Positions 24,895-35,400 of a DNA stretch of 64,000 bases are shown here, one piece after another (within the stretch, counting starts at the first letter, position 1; each line of letters starts with the position of its first letter). The DNA is from a virus. The notes under the pieces were generated by a model. The model saw nothing but the letters and a program-made list of their open reading frames with translations. It was not told the origin of the DNA and searched no databases. The DNA lies in the IMG/VR virus record IMGVR_UViG_3300043409_002109, positions 1 through 64,000 of that record; one strand, 5' to 3'. The position numbers were made by a program, and so were the translations under genes.

Positions 24895-25504
24895 GCCTGC
24901 AATGTTCAAGGCCGGGCGCTCACGTCGCCCAGCAACAGTGCCCTCTGCATCTTCTTATATGAACGGAGAGATCGATCTTCGTGAAGAGTTCGATAAGATT
25001 ATGTATGGCCCTGACGGAGACGGAGAGGGCAGGCACGGCCATCCTTGTCTTATTCGCCGGGTAAGGAGAGACAGTAGTGGCTACCCCGTTAAGTGTACTT
25101 GTGCGGTAGCTAGTCCTAATGGGCAGGGAAACCCAGATTGTAACTACTGTTTAGCCGAAGGCTATCTTTGGGACGAGGAATGGGCTATCACCTTCTCTAT
25201 GTACGTTGGCCCAGACGGCGGCAAGGCTAACCGTTATATTCGGATGCAGCCTGGTAGTATAAAGACAGACTATCTACTCTTCTTCCTTAGATACGATCTA
25301 GATATAAAATATAATGATAAAATTATTGAAATAGTGCTGGACGAAGAGGGCGAAGTAGTTTTAAATGCTAATAATACTTTTATTCGAGAGACTATTTATA
25401 AACCTGAAACTATTGTAAAATATCGTTCAGATAATGGTCGCATTGAGTACTTAGCAGTTTACTGTAGAGAAGAAGATTCTATAAGGAATGACAATCCGGT
25501 ATGA
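24884..25504 (+). CDS. Head-tail connector (stopper-like) protein with CxC...CxxCxxxG motif
   Basis: KCTC...PDCNYCLAEGYLW as in myovirus neck proteins; start ATG 24884 preferred to 24812. Confidence 0.6.
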   Translation: MGVRPAMFKAGRSRRPATVPSASSYMNGEIDLREEFDKIMYGPDGDGEGRHGHPCLIRRVRRDSSGYPVKCTCAVASPNGQGNPDCNYCLAEGYLWDEEWAITFSMYVGPDGGKANRYIRMQPGSIKTDYLLFFLRYDLDIKYNDKIIEIVLDEEGEVVLNANNTFIRETIYKPETIVKYRSDNGRIEYLAVYCREEDSIRNDNPV

Positions 25505-26271
25505 GCAGCAAAACTACATCTCAGCTATTTGAAACAATAGAGACACGACTCCTAGAAGAAGATAATCTTTTTTCTGTTACTATTGTAGATCCTAGCGGGA
25601 ACGAGCATCTAGTTGGTTCTACCGAGATAGTTAATCCTTTTGAATTTGATTCCAAAAGGTTTATCCCCAATGCCCAGCCTATGGACCTGGATCGTTTCAT
25701 AGAAGTAGCGAATGATGTTATCCAATACGCCCAGGAGAGGGAGGCTGTTCCCGAGAACCTAAGAGTTGAACTCATAGGAGAATATCCTCGGGATGACTTT
25801 TCTGCCTATAGAGGCGGTGCCGAAGTGATCACTTGGAGACTCGTCTCCAGAGAGCCCGCGAAGATGAATGCAAAAGGAACTGGTAGACCGCAAAGAGCGG
25901 CAGGTTTTTCTTACGACTTGCAGAATTCTTCCTATCCGAATAAAGTGATCACTGTACAAACTCGTCCGTTAGACCACATCATTGAATTTGTTGTTTGGTC
26001 GAAGGACGCTGGCAAAGCTAATCGCAGAGCCATGTGGTTAGAAAGACTTTTTATCGCCCACTCCTGGGCATTCAAAATTCAAGGAGCAGACAGATTCTTT
26101 TTTGAGAAACGACTCGCTGACAATTACCGCACAACTGGGGGGCAACCAATCTATGAACGGGCCCTTCGATTTCAAGTTCGCTTGATGGAATTCCAGGTAA
26201 TAGCAGATCCAATGATTCGTCATATCACTTTTGAATTGGGTCTCAAAACTTTTTCAGATGATGACAATTAA
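25501..26271 (+). CDS. Probable tail terminator/completion protein
   Basis: Position immediately before the sheath; IEFVVWSK..AN motif. Confidence 0.5.
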   Translation: MSSKTTSQLFETIETRLLEEDNLFSVTIVDPSGNEHLVGSTEIVNPFEFDSKRFIPNAQPMDLDRFIEVANDVIQYAQEREAVPENLRVELIGEYPRDDFSAYRGGAEVITWRLVSREPAKMNAKGTGRPQRAAGFSYDLQNSSYPNKVITVQTRPLDHIIEFVVWSKDAGKANRRAMWLERLFIAHSWAFKIQGADRFFFEKRLADNYRTTGGQPIYERALRFQVRLMEFQVIADPMIRHITFELGLKTFSDDDN

Positions 26272-26294
26272 TTCCTTTTTAGGAGGTTACTAAG

Positions 26295-28631
26295 ATGCCT
26301 TATGAAAGCCTCGGTGGCGTAAAGGGTTCATTCGTAGACGGGACTCTAAAGACTCCTCGCACGACTGACCAGCCTCGCGTTCTTGTAATTGGTCCTGCCA
26401 CCTCTGGCACTACCAATGATCTTTATTTTGTGACTAACAGTGCTGCCGCCGAACGTGAGTTCGGAGCAGAGACTCCAGTGCTTCGGGGCGTGCATGAGCT
26501 TCTTGCTCAGGGTGCTACTAACGTAGCCATTATGCGCTCTGGCGGCAGTGCAGGTAGCTTAGTCCTCGCAGACACGGATGGTAATGAGATTACCTTCACT
26601 CCTGCCTCTTTCGATGACGAGATTCTTTCTCGTTACGCCTTAATTATAGAAAACGATGGCACGACCAATCGGTTCCTAGTCTACGACTTAACTGATGAGA
26701 GCTTCGTATACGATACTTCAGAAATTGAAGTCATCAATAGCGACGTGATGCAGGTCGAGGGTGAAGAGGATATCGTTGATCTCTGGGAGCTAAATGACCG
26801 GACTGATCCTACAGCTGCTATCGATATGGCCACTATCGTCTCTGGCGATATAACTACAGACGGCGATCCTGTAGTCCTCACTCAGACTGAGGGCACTGAC
26901 GGCACTAACCCTTCTCTTGTCGAGCGCTATGCGGCCCTCAACACAACCTACCATGGGTTAGACTACAAGGATGCTGATTTCCTTCTCCCTAAAGATGTCT
27001 TTATCGATGATGCGAACATCGCAGACGATGCAGCTGCAGCTACCTATGGCTACTACTGGGCAGGCGTTCCTGCTGCTGGTAGCTCTAAAGACAAGCTAGG
27101 CTATCTCTGGCAGTATGTGTATAAGGGTCGAATCTTTACCTACTTCACCGACACCGCAACCTACCACTCGGTAGCTACTGCTGCTGCTTCGAAGACCGTG
27201 AATACCAACTTAGTCTTTACTTGCTCTGTTGCAGGTAAGGGCGGAAACGCTAATACTCTTGAGATTGTTCTCCACGCTAGTACCCAGTCCACTGTCATTA
27301 CTGAAAACTCAGATGGTGGCTTAGACATCTTGGTGACAACTGTTTCGGGCACTACGAACGGCACCGCAGTCAGCACACACATCCAAGCAGCTCTAGATGC
27401 ATTTGTCCACAGCACAGGCGCAGTAGGTTCTGACCTCATGACTGTAACTGGCGGTGGTACTGCAATCACTCTAGCAGTAGCCAAGAGCAACTTCACCGGT
27501 GGTACTGGTGGTCATGCACTTACTCACACTCAGCTCACTAGTGAGGCAACTCCTTCTGCGGTCAGTGCGCTCTTTGCTCTCCAGACCACGAATGATTCTG
27601 ATGCTCAGCTCCGTGAGTGTAACTTCGCTCATCAACTAGCAAGCTTCTGCGATCTTGCTAGCACGAATTGGACAGCAGTCCAGGGCGTAATCTCCTTTAA
27701 AGGTCCTAGCGCATATGGCCGTGTACAAGTTGCTGACTGGGTTGGATCACTTCCTGAATTCTCCGATAACGGACAAGAAGAATATATTGATGCTCCTGGC
27801 GATAACGGCTCGGGTCTCTTGGGACAGAAATTACTTGTGGGTAAGTCTGTTTCATCGGCTGGTTATCGAGATGCTCTAGTCTCGGGTGGAAACTCGACCG
27901 ACTCTCTCGCATGGGGTGGTATAATCAAGACCAAGGGTGCTAGCTTACCTAACACCACTCACTTCCCCTATGGCATTGATGATGGCGACGAGGCAGTTGA
28001 CTCTAACCAATCACCAGTTGACATCGGTAAATTTGTGTACGTCACTGGCGACTACGTTATCCACACCAACTCATACAATGGTGGGTCTACTTACCGGGGA
28101 GATATCGCTGGTACTTTCCTTGGAAAGACTGTGACCCTACAGCCAAACGTTGAGCCTATTGGACAGCAAGGCCGCGTAAAGAGAATCCAGCTTGGTCGTC
28201 GTATCCACAGCACTCAGCTTGATTCACTAGCCAAGGCTCGTATTATCGCTCTTCGTAGAGAAGAAGGTGGTACCGAACTTACGTTCACCACAGCCAAGAC
28301 TGTAGCGCACCCTGGCTCTGATTACGCACGGATGAGCACCATGCGCTGCGTCAATAAGCACCTCCAGGATATCCGGCAGATCTGTCGCCCCTACATAGGC
28401 AAGGCATTCAATTCCAAATCCTTAATCTCTATCCAGTCTGCTGTTGATCAGTATCTCCAGCAGTCCCGTGTAGATGGGTTTAACGAAGGAGCCGTGGCCT
28501 CGATTAGCTATACTCGCGCTTCCAAGATCCTTGGACAGCTTACTATAAAACTTAAAATGGTACCTCCTTTCACTATCGATACCATTACCGTTGAAACCAC
28601 TATGGCCGCTGATGAAAGCGAGCTTAGCTAA
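26295..28631 (+). CDS. Tail sheath protein
   Basis: RVLVIGPA..G, AEREFG at the N-terminus; C-terminal STMRCV...YIGK...IKLKMVPPFTIDTITV typical of contractile sheaths; large inserted domains. Confidence 0.92.
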   Translation: MPYESLGGVKGSFVDGTLKTPRTTDQPRVLVIGPATSGTTNDLYFVTNSAAAEREFGAETPVLRGVHELLAQGATNVAIMRSGGSAGSLVLADTDGNEITFTPASFDDEILSRYALIIENDGTTNRFLVYDLTDESFVYDTSEIEVINSDVMQVEGEEDIVDLWELNDRTDPTAAIDMATIVSGDITTDGDPVVLTQTEGTDGTNPSLVERYAALNTTYHGLDYKDADFLLPKDVFIDDANIADDAAAATYGYYWAGVPAAGSSKDKLGYLWQYVYKGRIFTYFTDTATYHSVATAAASKTVNTNLVFTCSVAGKGGNANTLEIVLHASTQSTVITENSDGGLDILVTTVSGTTNGTAVSTHIQAALDAFVHSTGAVGSDLMTVTGGGTAITLAVAKSNFTGGTGGHALTHTQLTSEATPSAVSALFALQTTNDSDAQLRECNFAHQLASFCDLASTNWTAVQGVISFKGPSAYGRVQVADWVGSLPEFSDNGQEEYIDAPGDNGSGLLGQKLLVGKSVSSAGYRDALVSGGNSTDSLAWGGIIKTKGASLPNTTHFPYGIDDGDEAVDSNQSPVDIGKFVYVTGDYVIHTNSYNGGSTYRGDIAGTFLGKTVTLQPNVEPIGQQGRVKRIQLGRRIHSTQLDSLAKARIIALRREEGGTELTFTTAKTVAHPGSDYARMSTMRCVNKHLQDIRQICRPYIGKAFNSKSLISIQSAVDQYLQQSRVDGFNEGAVASISYTRASKILGQLTIKLKMVPPFTIDTITVETTMAADESELS

Positions 28632-28642
28632 GGAGATAACTT

Positions 28643-29299
28643 ATGGCAATTTCATATCCTACTTCATCTTTGGCCCTCAGCCGTCAGTACACCTCCTTTA
28701 GCGGTTGCGATATTCGCGCCGTTGTCGGTGGAAAGTCGATTGGGACACTCCAAGGTATTTCCTATGCCGTTCAGCGAGAGAAGGCTCCAATCTATGTGAT
28801 GGGTAGAGTAGATCCTCTATCCTTCTCAAGAGGGAAGCGCGGTATCGCTGGCACGATTATCACTCTGATGCTTGATTCGCACATCATCAAAGATCCAGAT
28901 TCACCTTTCTCAGACATGGGATTGATTGTGGATAAGGATGAGATCGTTGCTAGTCCAGATGACCTCACCTTGGCAGAAACTTCCGGCGAATTACCCGACC
29001 TAGACTCTGTTGAGAGCGGCTTCGCCTTTGACTCTACTAATCTTGATGACGCTTACACTCTCGCAAGCGCTTGGTATGTAGATCAGCTTCCTCCTTTCGA
29101 TATCGTCATCGTGGCTGCGAATGAGTACGGCAAATCCGCCACCATGCGTATCTACGGCGTAGAGATCTTAAACGAAGGTTCTGGCTTCAGTATCGATGAC
29201 ATCGTTATTGAAAATCAGATGACCTACGTATGTAGAACCATACTTCCCTGGCAGAAAATGGGCGAGTGGGATTCTGGTGGTACCTTTAAGAAGGCCTAA
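28643..29299 (+). CDS. Tail tube protein
   Basis: Directly after the sheath; FSGCDI..LQGISY..REKAPIY..RGKRGIAGT, LPPFDI, GVEILNEG; terminator follows. Confidence 0.8.
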   Translation: MAISYPTSSLALSRQYTSFSGCDIRAVVGGKSIGTLQGISYAVQREKAPIYVMGRVDPLSFSRGKRGIAGTIITLMLDSHIIKDPDSPFSDMGLIVDKDEIVASPDDLTLAETSGELPDLDSVESGFAFDSTNLDDAYTLASAWYVDQLPPFDIVIVAANEYGKSATMRIYGVEILNEGSGFSIDDIVIENQMTYVCRTILPWQKMGEWDSGGTFKKA

Positions 29300-29321
29300 G
29301 TAACACACGGCTAGATAAGTT

Positions 29322-29354
29322 AGAGCCCAAGAGTTTTCTTGGGCTCTTTCTTTT
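29322..29354 (+). terminator. Intrinsic terminator after sheath-tube
   Basis: AGAGCCCAAGA-GTTT-TCTTGGGCTCT followed by TTCTTTT. Confidence 0.88.
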
Positions 29355-29390
29355 GCTTAAAAATTTGCACTTACGCTTATTCTTCCTGCC

Positions 29391-29403
29391 TGCTATTATA
29401 AGT
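29391..29403 (+). promoter_or_regulatory. Possible promoter (TG-C-TATTAT; TAnTATAAG also at ~22673-22681)
   Basis: Extended -10-like element between the terminator and the GAGGTG RBS of 29427. Confidence 0.35.
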
Positions 29404-29426
29404 AACTAACTCATTATGAGGTGTAA

Positions 29427-30224
29427 ATGTCGCAGCTGACTCCATATCGTTACTCTTATTCTGGAGCAGACACTAAAGTTTTTGCCCGGCTCTCAGGCTA
29501 TCCGGAGACACTTCACCAGATAGAAAGTGTCCATACTGTTTCAGCTTCTGTCCATGAGGCGAAAGGTCAAGCCCGTGCCTTAGGCTATAGGGGAATTAAA
29601 GGCATCAGTCGAGGGGTGAGGACTATAGCAGGCAGCATGATATTAACTATTGTAGAGGATCATCCTCTCAGACAGCTTATGATCCATGCGGCTGAGAAAT
29701 TAAACGAATACCGCGGCGGGTGGTCGATGGACCAGAACGACATAGGTACTGGAACCGTTATAGAGAAAGTCAATCATGCGAACAGACTGGCTGAACTCCT
29801 ACCTCCTATAGATATTCTGTTATTTTATGTAGCGGAGGGAGGCGGGTTCTCGGCTTCTACGAAACTTTCTGGAACGACCCTTTACGCGGAGCTGGCTGAA
29901 TTCAGTGGAGCTGGTATGGTTATCGAGGGTATCGATTTCGTAGATTCAGGTATGGTTACCTCTGTCAATGATATTGTTTCTGAGATCACGCTCTCTTTCT
30001 TAGCTAGAGACTTCAAGCCAATTTCATTGAACAAATTCGAAGTGGGGGACCGAGAGCCCGGCTGGGAGGTTATGCAGGCCGGCGAATTGCGCCGCCAACA
30101 CTCAGAACTAGAGAAGGTCCTTTACGGAGATTTTGGAAGGGCTATGACAGACGCGCAGCGTAGAGCGGCAATAGCTAGTGTTGGGGTAGATGGGCTTATC
30201 CGGATCTCAGGAGGACCTATATAA
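29427..30224 (+). CDS. Tail tube paralog 2 (tube initiator-like)
   Basis: YSGAD...RGVRTIAGSMI...LPPIDI...GIDFVDSG align with the 28643 protein. Confidence 0.75.
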   Translation: MSQLTPYRYSYSGADTKVFARLSGYPETLHQIESVHTVSASVHEAKGQARALGYRGIKGISRGVRTIAGSMILTIVEDHPLRQLMIHAAEKLNEYRGGWSMDQNDIGTGTVIEKVNHANRLAELLPPIDILLFYVAEGGGFSASTKLSGTTLYAELAEFSGAGMVIEGIDFVDSGMVTSVNDIVSEITLSFLARDFKPISLNKFEVGDREPGWEVMQAGELRRQHSELEKVLYGDFGRAMTDAQRRAAIASVGVDGLIRISGGPI

Positions 30225-30922
30225 TGATGAATTATCCGTATGAATACTTTTGTGGTGCGAATGTTGTTGTATATCTAAGTGACTTTCCGCTTCTTGAGGC
30301 GAGCGGATTTTCTTACTCGATAAGAGAATCTAAGAGGCCTATATACGGTTATTCTAGTCGGCACTTTGATGCAGTGGCGCGCGGCCAGGTCCTCGTTGAG
30401 GGGACTCTAGTTATCAACTATGTCCATCAGGACTACCTGTTCTATGCTGCTTCCCTAGCTGCTGGGCAAGACCCAGCGACCCTGAAGCAGCCCACTGTAG
30501 AGGGGCCCCTACCAAGCACCTTCACAGACTCTAGCGGAAAGACTGCATCTCAGATCGTGGGAACGAGTGGTGGAATTGTTGATCCCGATACAATAGCGAG
30601 ATTAGAAGATACTGCGGGATGGAATAAGCAGGCATCAGATCTGTCCTCTAGTATATTCAGTGGACTCTCATCAACCAACAACCTCCATGACGGGGGTGGG
30701 TTTGAGATTAGAGTAAGTTTTGGAAACCCAACTGCTTATACTCCCAATGGGCATACTGGACTTGTGCTTAGGCGTGTGCATTTTACTGGTAGAGCTAAGA
30801 CAATTCAGATTGACGCCGAGACTATAGTTGAGGCATACTCTTTCTTAGCTAGAGACGTTACATCTACACTAAATCCACCGCAGCCTTCGCTCCAATTGAG
30901 TAGTGCGGCGGCAGATCAATAA
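30224..30922 (+). CDS. Tail tube paralog 3
   Basis: FCGAN...FSYSIRESKRPIYGY...RGQVLVEGTLVINY...YSFLARD, same family signature. Confidence 0.75.
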   Translation: MMNYPYEYFCGANVVVYLSDFPLLEASGFSYSIRESKRPIYGYSSRHFDAVARGQVLVEGTLVINYVHQDYLFYAASLAAGQDPATLKQPTVEGPLPSTFTDSSGKTASQIVGTSGGIVDPDTIARLEDTAGWNKQASDLSSSIFSGLSSTNNLHDGGGFEIRVSFGNPTAYTPNGHTGLVLRRVHFTGRAKTIQIDAETIVEAYSFLARDVTSTLNPPQPSLQLSSAAADQ

Positions 30923-30951
30923 AATAAATATACCAGGAATGAAGATAATTT

Positions 30952-31728
30952 ATGGCAAGTTTAACAAAGCGTCAGCGCGAAGCGTTGATGAAGAATTCTC
31001 CTACACCAGAAGATATTTTAGGAAATACTTCTTATGTGAAGGAACTAAATGAAGAGATAGCTGGCTCATATAATCAGAGGCAGGCCGCAGAAGAGGCTGC
31101 TAAGGACCCTACTCTTTTTAATGTAAACCCTTTTGATTTTAAGGAAGACTCTATGAGCGAAGCTCCTGATACCTACGTTGCGCCTGTTGAGACAGACGAT
31201 GAGCTTGATGCTGAATTAATCAAGATGACTAAGCAGCTTGAGAAGGAGCGGCGCATACGTGAAGCTGCAGCAGCGAAGTCAGAGGCTACCACCCCCAAGC
31301 AGGAAGAGAAAACTCAGGAAGAGCTGATTCGTGAGCAGATATTAGAGATGCTTAAGAAGACGAAAGGCGCTCCTAATGAAGCGGGCATTGCTAAACTAAA
31401 GCAGCAGTACGGGGAGAATGGTGTCCACGTTGTAGCTCTGGGTGAGGGCGATGTCTACATCTTCACCCACCTCCGGCGAGGCCAGTGGAAGAAGATCCAG
31501 GAGTTTGTCAGCAAGGCCGCTCAGACAGAGGCGTTTGCTGGTAAAGCCGATGACATGCTCAAAGAGAAAGTCTTGGGCCGCTGCGTCTTATTCCCTCAGG
31601 GTATAGATAGTGAGGTCTTCCTTTACAACTCACGGGCTGGTGTTATCGACACACTCTTCGAGCTTATCATGCTCAATAGCTATTTCTTAACACCTCAGCA
31701 GTCTCTACAGCTTTCAGTTAGTTTATAG
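30952..31728 (+). CDS. Tail assembly chaperone-like protein 1
   Basis: Position between the tubes and tape measure; YIFTHLRRGQW..RCVLFP..AGVIDTLFELIM; possible internal start at 31153. Confidence 0.6.
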   Translation: MASLTKRQREALMKNSPTPEDILGNTSYVKELNEEIAGSYNQRQAAEEAAKDPTLFNVNPFDFKEDSMSEAPDTYVAPVETDDELDAELIKMTKQLEKERRIREAAAAKSEATTPKQEEKTQEELIREQILEMLKKTKGAPNEAGIAKLKQQYGENGVHVVALGEGDVYIFTHLRRGQWKKIQEFVSKAAQTEAFAGKADDMLKEKVLGRCVLFPQGIDSEVFLYNSRAGVIDTLFELIMLNSYFLTPQQSLQLSVSL

Positions 31729-31735
31729 GCTTAAG

Positions 31736-32422
31736 ATGATAGATGTAGACGCCCTCCTCGAATCCGAGGGGTTGTACATAACAACCATGCCTGATGGGCG
31801 AAGCTATACCTATCGTTTACTTGGTCTAAAGGAATACCGGATATTCAAGGCCCTCAGGGAGACTGGGGTTCTTTCTAGGTATCACCTCCACGATAAGGTT
31901 TTTGATCGTTGCTATCTTGGCAACCCAGACATGATCGATGGAGACACTCCAGCAGGGTATACCCTGTCTATTGGGGAACTGATTATGTGGCTGAGTGGTG
32001 ATGGCGCCACTCACGGAGATAAAGAGGATTTAGAGAACGCTCGGATGATGTATCAGGGCGATACCGTGTATGAACATATGAGGAGAGTATGTCTTCGGGC
32101 ATTTCCCTCTTACAAAATTGAAGATTTAGATAGGTGGACGAGACCGCTACTTCTACAAAGATTCGTTATAGCCGAACATATGCTTGCGGAGACTGGAGAA
32201 TACCAGCCCATTGAACTTAAGAATATTATGACCGCCGAGCAGAAGGCCAAACACCAGAAGAGACAGGAAGCTCCTGGTGGAGGTATCGACTTTGCTCGTG
32301 AGAATGCGGGGCTAAGTAAGGAGATGGCGGGGGCTGAAGGCCACGATGTATTCGACTTGCCTCCTGATCAATTCCAAAGGAAAATGAGGATCGCGCAGAG
32401 AATGGACAGACAACGTGCTTAG
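31736..32422 (+). CDS. Tail assembly chaperone-like protein 2 (paralog of the preceding gene)
   Basis: YTYRLLGLKEY..RCYLGNP..AGYTLSIGELIM parallels the previous ORF. Confidence 0.6.
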   Translation: MIDVDALLESEGLYITTMPDGRSYTYRLLGLKEYRIFKALRETGVLSRYHLHDKVFDRCYLGNPDMIDGDTPAGYTLSIGELIMWLSGDGATHGDKEDLENARMMYQGDTVYEHMRRVCLRAFPSYKIEDLDRWTRPLLLQRFVIAEHMLAETGEYQPIELKNIMTAEQKAKHQKRQEAPGGGIDFARENAGLSKEMAGAEGHDVFDLPPDQFQRKMRIAQRMDRQRA

Positions 32423-32434
32423 AGGAGATAGCAA

Positions 32435-35400
32435 ATGGCATTTGAATCTTATAATGCACAAGACATCTGGAGTTCTGGAGAAGCCCCCGGTAGCAGTAGT
32501 AATCTACTAGCTGCTGGTAAGCTAGGCCTAGCGGCAGGGGCGGGGATAGGCGGGTTCCACTTATTGACTAAGAACCGCCCAGACGGCACTCGTGCTATCG
32601 ATGACGTGTCTGCATTCCTGCGTACTGCTGGAAACCTTTCCCCATTCCAGATCGGGAATACCTTTCGTGTTCCTGAATTCCTATCCCCCTTCACTAGCCC
32701 CTCCTATCAGGGCTTAAAAGGCGGGGAGCATGTATTTGAACAGAGCTTTCTGAAGACTTCTGAGACCACTCAGTACCTTCAGAAGGTCACAGGCAAAAGC
32801 TATGAGGAGCTTCATGCTTTAGGCTTGAGCCAAGAGGCCCTCCTCGGCAGTGACGCTGCCGATAGTCTTGTCTACCGGGCAGGTAAGACTGGCTCTCGGG
32901 GTAGTTTATTCGTAAGACGTAGAGGAGAGGAGTCTCTTCTCTCAGATGCTGTATCTCTCATGAGTAGAGATACAGAGATCGATCCTTTCGTCAGGGGAGC
33001 GAGGGCTGAGAATAAAGCATTTAAGGGCGTCCTTCAAGCCCTTGATATGTGGAAGAATGATAAGTTTGATTCAGAGAGAGTCTTAGCCTCGACAGACAAA
33101 CGATCTGAGGTCGCTTTCATCCCCTCTCTCGACGGACCTATGAAGACGAAGGGGGACTTCCTCCGACGCACTAGCTATGTTCGAGGAGTTGCGGCCTTCG
33201 AAGTCAGCAGATTCAATGACTTGATGGGCAATTATGCTCATCAGATATTTGGAGAAACTGGCGGGAACTTTACAAAGACTGTTCTAGGTATCTCCAACGA
33301 AGTTAGGCCAGGACCAGCAAGTGCCTTACTCGCAAGATATGCAGGTAGGGCGGCCATGCTCGGAGGGGCCGGGCTACTAGTTGCCCAAAGCGACTGGGTA
33401 CGCAGACAAGGGGGACTCCCAGGGCAGGCTGTGGCTGCTGCCGGGACCACTGCAGTGGGTGCATATGCCGCTTGGAAGATGGGGGCGAATAACAAGCTTG
33501 TAATGATGGGAGCCGTAGCAAGCTTCTTCGGGCAGATGACTTTACCCGGATTTGATAAGGGAATCTTCGAAGGAGTGGCTAGTACTGCTGCTGGACTAGA
33601 TGTTTTCAGAGCTAATCCCCTAAACCCATTTGGTTACTATCGTAGAACCTTAGAGGGATTTGCGCCCGGTATCTCTGATTGGAAGACTGGTGCTGTCTTA
33701 GGTCTCGGTGTTATGGCGGCTAGTGGCATGAGAATGCCCGGAACTGGTAAGAGAATTTCTGAACATCTTGTTGAGAAGCTAGGGGCAACAAGGCTCGGGC
33801 TGTCTTCTGGTGCTCTTGGCGTAGCGCCAGATGAACTACTCAGTACAAGAGATATGTTTTGGAGAGAACTAGAGGCTAGCAATAACCCCATAGCACGAAG
33901 CTCTGAAAGATGGCGCACCATGAGCGGGCGCCGGGAGATCTATGGGGAGCTAAAGGGCAGCCGCCCAGAAATACTTTCACAGATGAACAAGCACTGGCGT
34001 TCTGCCGAGGATGCGCATAGAGATATGATGCAGAAATCCTCTGAGCATGGAGCCAATAGGAAGTTGCTAGAAAGTCTCAGCGACATAGCTGATAAGTACA
34101 AGGATGGGAATGGCATTCAGAGGAAGATAATGATGCAAGTCGAAGGCTTTGCCTCTCAGACTTATCATTCTTTCTTCGGTGCTAATGCGAGCTATGACAA
34201 GGCCATGAGGTCTGAAATCCAGAAACTTGGATTTAGCGGAATCACTCCTGTGGGGAAATTCGGACGATTCGCTACACTTGGGCTGGCGGCTTTGGGCATT
34301 CAGCAGCTTGTGACTGGCGGGCTCCTTGGTTCTATGGAGTCTTCTGGAGATCTTAGCGACATCTATGCTGGACGTAAGCTAGTCGAAGTAAAGAAGAGCA
34401 GAGGGTGGGAGTCTGGCTCACAACCTTTTGGAGGTACTGAGACTTCATATTTCCGTCCTCATAGCTTGGCGTTGATGAATGCGCGCACTAGAGAAAGGGG
34501 TATCTGGGGGGAAGACGAGGATGAGATTTCTCCTATCACTAAGTTCTTCAAAAAGAACTTTACCTACGACCTAGAAAGGCAGAACTATTATGACAGGCCT
34601 TATCCTATATCCTCAGCCTTTGGTCAGGATGTCCCTATCATTGGCGGGCTGCTGGCGAGCACTGTTGGGCGAATCATCAAACCAGCTAAGTTAATGCACT
34701 CTGAAGAATGGGCAAGAGAAGGAGAAGGCGGGGCAGAGTTTAAGTCTATCTATAAAGGTAGTCGGCAAGAGCCAGCTTATGCTTTAGGAGCCCAAGGCCC
34801 TGGAACTCCAGTTAGTCCATTCGCTGCGACTGAACAAGCCATGTTTATGTCGGATCAGATGAGACAGCTCTCAGGCTTCCCGGGATTCATAAGAAATACG
34901 CTCCAGAAGATTGTTACTGGGAATCAGAATTTCATGCACAATCAGCCTGTGCTTGCTAGTTCTGGAGAGATGACTAGTCCGAGCAGAATGTTCTGGGAGA
35001 GCGAGCTTGGCGGCGGCTTCTTAACTACTGAGCTTTGGCGACGGCTATTCCCTAGAAATCAGCCGGGTTTACAGAAGGTGAACCCAATCCGAAACAATAT
35101 GCCTTACTGGATGCCAGATAAGTTCCATACTGGAGACCCCTACGCCTCGGTTCAATGGGGCGAAGCGAGACTTCCCGGAGCGGGGTACTCTGCGCTACAC
35201 CCTGAGCTTAATGGTATCGATCCAGAGGAATACCCTCTACTCGCTAGAATGGCGATCTTAGGGGATGTGGCGCCTGCCTCGGTTGAGTATAGGAGAACAC
35301 AAGAACAGGTTTATCTAAAGCGCCAAGAGGGAGGTTACTCCGAGGGCCAAAATAGACTTATTGATCAGATAGATCAACAAGTCGCTCAGCAGATGAACCA

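Noticed and set aside
31700-31740. Programmed -1 frameshift between the tail chaperones
   Set aside because: No X XXY YYZ slippery site seen, and the second ORF repeats the first domain.
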